Origin: Amoebophrya sp. A120
Lineage: Eukaryota > Protista > Dinoflagellata
Length of the DNA stretch: 64,000 nucleotides
Assembly (NCBI GenBank): GCA_905178155.1
Contig: CAJINV010000019.1
Coordinates: forward strand, 502,475 to 566,474
Direction of reading: 5' to 3'
Below, piece after piece: positions 48,301 through 55,909 of this stretch (the first letter of the stretch is position 1; each line of letters opens with the position of its first letter). The notes beneath the pieces are model-generated. The model saw nothing but the letters and a program-made list of their open reading frames with translations. It did not search any database and had not been told where the DNA came from. The position numbers were made by a program, and so were the translations under genes.

Positions 48301-48963
48301 ACTGGTTCGTCAAGCGGAAGTGAGCAGAATGGCCAGGAAGAAGACCATGGAAGCGAACAACTGCAGGACCACGTCGGCATAGTAGAGAGAACATCCTCCA
48401 AAGAGCAGGACTCTGCAGCTTTTGCCAATAAAGTAGAGAACAACTACAGCACCAGCACGTCCCAATCCTCTCCCGACAAGAATTCGTTCGCGGCCAGCTG
48501 GAAGGTGCGGCTGAAGAAGGTGGAAAACCCGCGGCAGAGCGCGTCGAATTTCCAGATGCCCAGTACGCCCGCGCCGAACCGGTTGCCGACGGAGTTGTCG
48601 TCCTCCCTCAGAAAGCACCTCCAGCGGAAATCCGAGGAGCGAGAGAGGGAAGAAGGTGGACAGAATGCTGCTGATACAACTTCTTGCCAGCCTCAAGTTC
48701 AACATGGCCGGGAAAGTTTCGGGATTAACAGCGGCGAGGCAGGGCCAGGTGGAGAGAGAGTGCAAAGTCGGGGTGCAGAGGTCGTGAACGAGGAACAACA
48801 CGAACAGAAAGAGAGCGATTCTTTTCCTGCGGGTTGTATCGCTGCGCCGAGCGGATTTTTCTGGGAACAGACCAGCGGGGATTTGAGATCGTCGCCGCCG
48901 GACAATCCGCGATCCGCCTTTCATTTTGACAACACAAATGAACAAGAAGATGTAGTGGAATGA
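39375..48963 (+). CDS. RLK/Pelle (IRAK-like) Ser/Thr kinase with Tudor-like and FHA domains and long disordered regions
   Basis: LEKATSNFSPLNKLGSGAFGSVYKG, VAIK, RFRHPNLVILMGF, HRDIKTPNIIL, DFGLA, GTVGY, VYAFGMVLLELLT; Tudor-like GMRVRARW...DIQYDDGD; FHA VGR...ISREHF...SSNGLMLNG...IQHGDIL; 12 introners and 2 GT-AG introns. Confidence 0.82.
39700..39923. mobile_element. Introner family I (single copy here; AGA right end)
   Basis: TIR core gtgcacaact; DR ccggt/ccggt; joins kinase LSR|FRHPNL. Confidence 0.87.
40380..40529. mobile_element. Introner family B
   Basis: TIR; DR tgtgt/tttgt; in the kinase activation loop. Confidence 0.88.
41298..41550. mobile_element. Introner family A
   Basis: TIR; DR tgatg/tgatg. 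Confidence 0.9.
41599..41858. mobile_element. Introner family A
   Basis: TIR; DR ttgcg/ttgcg. Confidence 0.9.
41926..42246. mobile_element. Introner family G (TAC left end)
   Basis: TIR; DR acgag/acgag. Confidence 0.87.
42510..42776. mobile_element. Introner family A
   Basis: TIR; DR agatg/agatg. Confidence 0.9.
43346..43669. mobile_element. Introner family G
   Basis: TIR; DR gtcga/gtcga. Confidence 0.88.
44115..44366. mobile_element. Introner family A
   Basis: TIR; DR gggta/gggta; in the FHA domain. Confidence 0.9.
44578..44894. mobile_element. Introner family D
   Basis: TIR; DR cgggc/agggc. Confidence 0.88.
45562..45840. mobile_element. Introner family C
   Basis: Long near-perfect TIR; DR tgccc/cgccc. 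Confidence 0.9.
47245..47506. mobile_element. Introner family A
   Basis: TIR; DR cgcga/cgcga. Confidence 0.9.
47788..48038. mobile_element. Introner family A (ATG right end)
   Basis: TIR; DR agaac/agaac. Confidence 0.9.
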
Positions 48964-49563
48964 ACAGAAAAATATAAAAAAAACACTATTAGTTTTTACA
49001 CATCGTTTGGTAATTGACAGAACACGACACTTTTTCTTTTGAAGCACCTGCTTTGACGCGGTTCGTTTTGATCCTAGAATTTTCCTTACTGTAGCTTTGA
49101 AAATATTCCTCTTCGCAAGAAGGAAGAAAAAGAGATGCTTCAGCCTGGGTGGAGCAGAGGTGAGAACATCATGAATAATGGATGACGCCATTTTTTTGCC
49201 CAAAGAAATTTTCATTTGCGCCACGCGATAAACGTCGAGCCTGGAGCAAATAAGACACTTGCGACGTCTTGCCTGTCACATTGTAGATGCGGAGGTTTCT
49301 TACTACTACCTCGGACCTTGTTCTGGTGCTTGTTTTTTTTCTGGTTTCGTTTGCCGGGTGACTTTGTCGTGCGCTTCGCTGCACTGTCGTATCGTGATCA
49401 AAATATGACTTGTGTCTTGCGCAACATCAAAAGTAGTTTGAAGATGTGAAGCCGTTCTCATCAATCCCGCACGATACACATTTTTTCGTGGAAGGAAATA
49501 CGACACGGGACGACCCATTGACTGAGCCATTGTTGCGTGGTCTTTCCACCTTGCCGCGCCAGC

Positions 49564-52500
49564 ATGCTGTCGACGCGACGGCAGGCCACGGCGAGCTGCC
49601 GAGGGGTTTTGCAGCGACGAGGCTTTTTCGGAGTGAAGAGCCCAGTGGAGGTAGTACAACTTGTTGGTGGCAATATTTTCTGTGTCGTGCAACATCTTGA
49701 TTTATTTTGTACTCGAGCCTGTCATGCATATTTGCAGCACCAGATGAACATCTCAACCATTCTGATTCTCACTCTTCAGGCCAGCAGCGGCGGTGTGTAC
49801 GTGACAAAGTACCAGATTACGAAAAAGGGGAAAGCCGGCGTCGATTACGATGACTTCCTGCTCACACTTATCCTGTGTAAAAACGTCCCCACCCCATAGC
49901 CAAGATGGAAAATCTGCTAGACAGATCCATAAGTTTTGGGAGTCACGCATGACAAATTTTTCTCTGTACCGCAATGCGGGTTAGCAAGGACAACCGCATC
50001 ACAAAGCCATCCTGGTATCGTGTTTACAGCATCACGAATTGCATAACACGATTGAAAATACCTCTCGTGGGGATGCGCATATACAAGTTTTCCTGTGATG
50101 GCAATTCTGCATGACAACTCTGGGTTGGGGACGTTTTTTCACAGGATAACCCTCCCGCAGCGCGATCAGCTGGCGTCGGAAACGAAGCAAGTGGAATATG
50201 GCCTGCTCAAACGTTGCAATCTCAAACGTTACATTAGAATCTGGATTTTGTATTGCATGAAGAGCATGAGGAACGTATAGAGAATTGAGCTTTTCGCAAT
50301 ACAAATTGAGCCGAATTCTCAATGCAGTTTGGAGCCCCCGAAATACTTGTTATGCGAAATCCTATGGGAGTAGGCTAGATCATGCAGCTCTTGCATCACA
50401 GATTTCCAGACTCTTTTGTAACGTTTGAGATTGTAACACCTGAGAGGGTTATATGGAACTGTTCTTGAAGTACCTAAAAGTGGTGACTGACCACGAAGCG
50501 AGAAGCGATGACTTCAAGGACTTCTTGAAAAGATCAAAGGACGGCCTGATGGTGGAGTCGGACGTGTTTATCACCACGGAGGAGCTGCTCAGCGCGATGT
50601 GGGCGAACGGTTTCGCGGAGAAGGTTTGTGATGAAATTTGTGTTGCTTAAAGCAGACTGTCAGTCATGTTGATAGATATTTTTCGTAAGTTTTTCTTGCT
50701 CTTGCATTATGCTACTGATCTCAGGTGATGTTGACTACCGACGTGTTGATCTGTACTTGATGTGAACCGAAAAAAATCCTACAGGAGCGAACTGCGGTGC
50801 AGTACACATTCCCAGCCGAGTACAAATTCCACTATCCCGAGCTTGCCGTGCTGTTCAACATATCGGAGGAAGATTGCTACAAGTACTGCATGAGAAAACG
50901 AATAGAAGCCAGCCACATTGGTCAGCTGGACTCGAAAAAAATGAAGCCCGGGGGCTGGGTCAGGGACCACTGGTATAGAATAGATTGTGTTTTGCGAGGC
51001 AGTGTTTGCTCTTGTTGTTCCCGGTGCATGACAAGGCTACACACACTTACTTACTTACATCAAAATGGTACGTCCACTTCGAAATATGTATCAATCAGGT
51101 TGATTTTCGGGGCCTCGATTTTCTTGCTGAAGACCTTTCCCTTATGAAATGTAAAAATGTCTGGGTCTGGAAACTTGTGATGCTGGGTGGCGTCTCATGA
51201 TGAGGCCAGAAATGCTGGCTCAGCATCACAAGTTTCTGAGCTTCTAGGTGTTGCCTATTCTGCATTACAAACTGCGTTTCTGCATCACAGAAAAATGGAG
51301 CTCTTGGGTAACTTGCATGACAGATTTAAGAGTCATGCCAGACAAGCATGACAAACATGCATTCTTCCAGACCCAGACACTTTTACATTTGATATCCCTT
51401 CTTCAACTACTACTTCGCCCTGAAAGGCTTCGGTACGGGCATGTTTCTGTGGACGAGTTACACGGCGTTTTCCCGCTACATCGGCGACGTGATACAAAGA
51501 AACGAGTTTATGGCCGCCCAGAAAACCGCACAAGACGTGATGGAGGGCGAGGACAAGATTATGGCTGCCATGAAGAGATTTGCGAACGACAGCAAGTGCC
51601 TGGACCGCTTGGCCAGCTTCAGCTCGGATTTGAGGGTGTTGAGAAGGATTTTTCAATGGTGCTGGTTACATTGACAAATTGAATCATTCGCTTCTTGTTT
51701 CGGAAGTTAGTAGTGCATGACAATGTAACATCAACTCCATCCACCTTTTCACTTCGTAAAAAATAACCCCATATCAGCCCACCATGGCGAGCTACCGCAA
51801 GGCGCTAATCGAAGCGGAAAAGCAGCAGCTTATCGCGAAAGCAAAGAAACAGCTCCAGTCCATTCTCTCCTTTGAGGATTCGAACGGCGCGAAGTTGCAG
51901 GATAGTTTGGTCAAGGAAGTAAAAGCCGACTTCACCCGGAAGTTTGGTACCGATGCGAGTATGCAGTCCGCGGCATTTGAGTCAGCGTTGACAGGTACGC
52001 ACTTTTTGCTTTGCAGCTGCCTGTGCTTCATGCCATTGCTGAACGCCCGCGCGACCCTTTTCGAACATCCTGGCGCGCCAGAACCCCCGACCCTGCCCCG
52101 ACCCTGCCCCGACCCTGCCCCGACCCTGCCCCGACCCTGCCCCGACCCTGCCCCGACCCTGCCCCGACCCTGCCCCGACCCTCGCAGTTTGGCTGGGTTT
52201 TGCGCGCGGGATCCGGCCGGAAGGGTTCCGGCCCCCCATCCTAGGGCGCCGCCTTTCCTTGCAGTGCGTAGGACCTATAGTGCCGACGATTCGCGGGCAC
52301 ATGCTCGTTTTCGCATTTGTTCTGTTTTCCCGTCCTCGCAGAAGGGCCGAACAGTGGTCGAGCAAGGACCAGGATGCAGGTCGCCCACTAAGGGCGTATT
52401 TGCGTTTAAGTTGGCACTTCATCACCTCCTCGTGCATATTTAGCGCGCAACCCCCTCCGCCCTAACAAAAAATCCCAGGCATCTCCGGCGAGACTTCGAA

Positions 52501-53159
52501 ACAGGACCCGGTGCTGAACTTTTTCGCGGACAGCCTGAAGCAGATTGACCTCTCGGGCAAAGCGAAGGCGAACGCGTCCGGCAGTGTGTCCGAGCGACTG
52601 GCCTTCATGCAGCAGCAACAGGAGCAGGAGTTCGTGAAAACGTTCTACGTCACCGCCGAAGAGACGACCGCCGTGAAGTCCGCCAGCGACGAGGCGGCGA
52701 AGACGAAACTGATGGAGCTATCAAATGCAAATATGTCTGGGTCTGGAAGATTTCTCGATTTATCATGCACATTTTCCATGGGCCATGATGTCTGTGATGC
52801 ATGCCGTAGCATCACAGATTTTTAGAGGGCTTTGTGATACCTCTACCGCATGAGAATTGCCCTCTCCGCGTAGCACAAACTGGAGTCCTCTTCCTGGTCA
52901 TGCAATACACGTTTTTTTAGAATCCAGAGACAGCATCACAAGTTTAGAATGTTCCAGACCCACACATATTTGCATTTGATACGAGCAGCTGTACAGCAAG
53001 TGTGGGTTCCACGTTCCCGGGGCCTACACCATGACGGACGCGAAACCTCCATCCGACAGCGGCAGTGACTACGTGAAGGAAGTCTCTGATGCGGTCGGGA
53101 AACTGACCAAGGAGTTAGAGCAAAAACGGGCGGCCAGCTTGCAGGCTGCGTTTGCATAG
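49564..53159 (+). CDS. Mitochondrial ATP synthase peripheral-stalk subunit b, apicomplexan type (Toxoplasma ICAP2-like)
   Basis: Arg-rich presequence; KYQITK, LFLKYLKVVTD, FPAEYKFHYPELAVLFNISEEDCYKYC, MKRFANDSKCLD, EQLYS and terminal AFA* resemble Toxoplasma subunit b as I recall it; 4 introners and 5 GT-AG introns. Confidence 0.8.
49869..50148. mobile_element. Introner family C
   Basis: TIR; DR acact/accct. Confidence 0.9.
50197..50453. mobile_element. Introner family F
   Basis: TIR; DR tggaa/tggaa. Confidence 0.88.
51143..51394. mobile_element. Introner family A
   Basis: TIR; DR tccct/tccct. Confidence 0.9.
52085..52182. repeat. Perfect 11-bp tandem repeat (ccccgaccctg) x ~9
   Basis: Read directly; lies in intron 51995-52478. 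Confidence 0.92.
52719..52981. mobile_element. Introner family A
   Basis: TIR; DR ggagc/cgagc. Confidence 0.88.
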
Positions 53160-53682
53160 GACAATGCTTGAGAATTTGGTCGAGCATTGGACCTATGCAG
53201 GGCGAACGAAGATGTGACGAACCTTTACAACAGCATCGTGCATAAGTTAGTACGCGGACAAGTGAATGTGAGATCTTTTCTTTACGTCGGATGAAAAACT
53301 GAATTCTTTGATGCAACAAACTGAGCTTCTCTTTGCTCTCTTGGGTGGAAGTCTTGCACAGATGAGCCGGATGCTACGTTGAAGCTATCTCTTTGTTTTT
53401 TTCGGAAGAAGATATGCAAGGAACACTAACGCAGGTCGTGTTCTTCTAACGAAAAGCACGCGAGGAAGATGTAAAGTTCTTTGGGTTCCTTCTTAGGAGT
53501 GGAGAGGGCTTCACACACGCGAGGGGAAAGGGTAACAGAGTCTGGGGAATGTACAGTTCTTGTAAAAATGGAGCGGCAAGTCAGAGTGAAACTACCCTCC
53601 TGGTATCGTATCTTCGGTCGTTATAGCTTGACGCAGCGTGTTATTCCTCGTCTTCTCAAAACACGACCTTGCACAGATCAAA

Positions 53683-55146
53683 ATGGCAACTCCCGCCACT
53701 TCGTCCGCAAGTTTCTCGTGGCAGGTCGCCATCGGTTCAGCAATCAATCTTGCCGGCTACGCATTGCAAATCGGCGTTCTGAAGTTGTTCATTCTCCGTT
53801 ACGATTTTCCCCACCCACTGTTCCTCACGTTTCTCGACCAGCTGGTGGCGTTTTTCGCGATCTTGTTCGTGACGCACGTGGTGAAGATTATGCCAGACCC
53901 GAGGGTGGTGCCAAGGTTCGTGGCGGACGTGAAGGAGAGACTGAAGAAAACCAACCGGCGGCTGGACTTCACGGACACAGCTGGTGCGGCGGACCAGGAC
54001 GAAGTTCTTTCGGCATTGGTGAACAAGGGAGAAGCTGCTGGACAAAGTGCCGTCAAAAACAAAACAAATCAAGGTGAAAGCCTAGGAACCACGATAATTC
54101 CGACGTACAATTTCAAGACCCAAATCCTCCCGCTAGGCTTGCTCAACATCATATCCGGCGCCACGCACTACTCGGCGCACGAGTTTCTCTTTCCGAGCTT
54201 CGTGGAAATGATGATGATGACGCAAACCGTGCCCCAGGTCTTGCTCAGCAAATTTCTCTCCCGCGACATCTCGACCCTGACCTTGATCTCCGTCATCCCC
54301 ATCACCTTCGGGTCGGTCCTCTGCGCCTTCGGCGAAGTGAACTACAGTGTCAGTGGGATTGCGCTCGTTCTCGGCGCGATGCTCTCCGGGGTGTTCCGTC
54401 GGGCGGTGGCAGAAGGGGTGATGAAAAGCGGGCAGCAGGCGGCGGGACCACGTGGTATTAGAACAACGTCCTCTTCCACCCCGGGCATCGTTCCCAAGAC
54501 CGATGGAAGTATAAACGCAGGAATAAATAACTACAGCGAACTGCAGAAAAACAGTTCCTATGGTGCCGCACCAGCCGGCGCCTCTACTTCTGGACTACAA
54601 GAGCCGCCGAAACCAGTAGGGTTAAATCCATCCAGGAAAAATGACCCGACCCTCTCCGAGAAGATGATGGTCAGTTGGGGTATGGCGTACCGATTGACGC
54701 CCATCAACGTCGTCGGGTTACTGCTCCTTTCCCTCTTCGTCGAGGGCTCGGAGCCCTGGACGGAGGTGCACGGTAAAATAATAGTCTCCACGAAGTTTCA
54801 CTCGATTTATTTCGGGCTGATGCTACTCGTTTTTAAAGGTTTAGGAACCACTGTTTGGTACATATCCGAATTCACTCTCGTTCACTTCGCGGGCGCGTTT
54901 TACATGGCAGTTTTGAACAACATTAGTCGCGTAGGGGTGATATTCACGACCCTAGCCGTATTCGGCAATTCGGTATCGAGTTTGCAGGGCTGTGGGTTTG
55001 CGCTCACGCTTCTCGGGGTTGGTGTTTACCTCTATGATTTTGGCTTTGGTAAGAACAGAAGTACAACACCAGCTTCTGCCGACGTGCCAGCCTCTGTCAC
55101 GGCGTTGAGTGATGATGCCTACAAGGAAAGAGCAGTGAAGCAGTGA
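53683..55146 (+). CDS. Triose-phosphate/nucleotide-sugar transporter family (SLC35/DMT), intronless
   Basis: About 10 hydrophobic segments; DFPHPLFLTF, LCAFGEVNYSVSG, VFGNSVSSLQGCGFALTLLGVGVYLY typical of TPT/SLC35E. Confidence 0.8.
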   Translation: MATPATSSASFSWQVAIGSAINLAGYALQIGVLKLFILRYDFPHPLFLTFLDQLVAFFAILFVTHVVKIMPDPRVVPRFVADVKERLKKTNRRLDFTDTAGAADQDEVLSALVNKGEAAGQSAVKNKTNQGESLGTTIIPTYNFKTQILPLGLLNIISGATHYSAHEFLFPSFVEMMMMTQTVPQVLLSKFLSRDISTLTLISVIPITFGSVLCAFGEVNYSVSGIALVLGAMLSGVFRRAVAEGVMKSGQQAAGPRGIRTTSSSTPGIVPKTDGSINAGINNYSELQKNSSYGAAPAGASTSGLQEPPKPVGLNPSRKNDPTLSEKMMVSWGMAYRLTPINVVGLLLLSLFVEGSEPWTEVHGKIIVSTKFHSIYFGLMLLVFKGLGTTVWYISEFTLVHFAGAFYMAVLNNISRVGVIFTTLAVFGNSVSSLQGCGFALTLLGVGVYLYDFGFGKNRSTTPASADVPASVTALSDDAYKERAVKQ

Positions 55147-55909
55147 TCTTCTTCTACGATTTTTTCCGCTAATTTTGTTTTCCAGAAAAGGAAAAATCCG
55201 CCATGGCATATTAGCGGGACATTGACTGCTTTCGCTTTGCGACATGTTGGGATATCTACTGTGCTATACAAAATAAACGTGATCGTCGGAGTTCGTTCGT
55301 GAGGCAGGATCTACTAGCACTGAATGATCACGGAAAAATTCTTGTATGATTTGGGGAACTGCTTCTGCTAGGTAAAGGTAAACAGATTATTGGGACGTTT
55401 CGTACAAGACAAAGAAAGAGAGACTAGTGAAGACGCGAGATGAATTGAGGGGAGCTATTTCTATGCGAACATCTAAGCGAGTGAAGCTGCAGAATTAAGA
55501 GACAAAACAGCAACACTTACTTAGATTTTGCACTCCTGGCACCCGCACCGCTGCCTCGATTTTTCCGTTTGTACGTTGATAGACTTCATCTCGTGAAGAT
55601 ACGATGCGTGGGTCGTTGTACGGCTGAGAAAATTCATCTGGGATAGAGTAAATTACACTCCATCTTGGCGATCTGTCGTGCCGAGTCGTTTAATATTCGC
55701 CAAACTACCTCCACCCTGACCTTGCGTCTCCACAAATTTTCGTGGCACTGCTAATAAAGGACAATAACCAGCTGGATTCATCCGCACACACGGTGTGCGT
55801 GGTGGTGAGTAAATTTTTTGTGCCTGCTAAGGAGACTGACATATATTTCCCCGACGAAAAACGGCTTTATTCTGTGCACCCCGCGTTGGGACAAGCACAA
55901 GACAAGAGG

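Noticed and set aside
32349-49224. Long minus-strand ORFs (e.g. 32349..33206, 48310..49224)
   Set aside because: Antisense shadows of GC-rich + strand exons with no domain signal
5919-53159. Genes as transposon-disrupted pseudogenes
   Set aside because: After rule-based removal I met no frameshift or stop in the traced exons, and conserved motifs are intact
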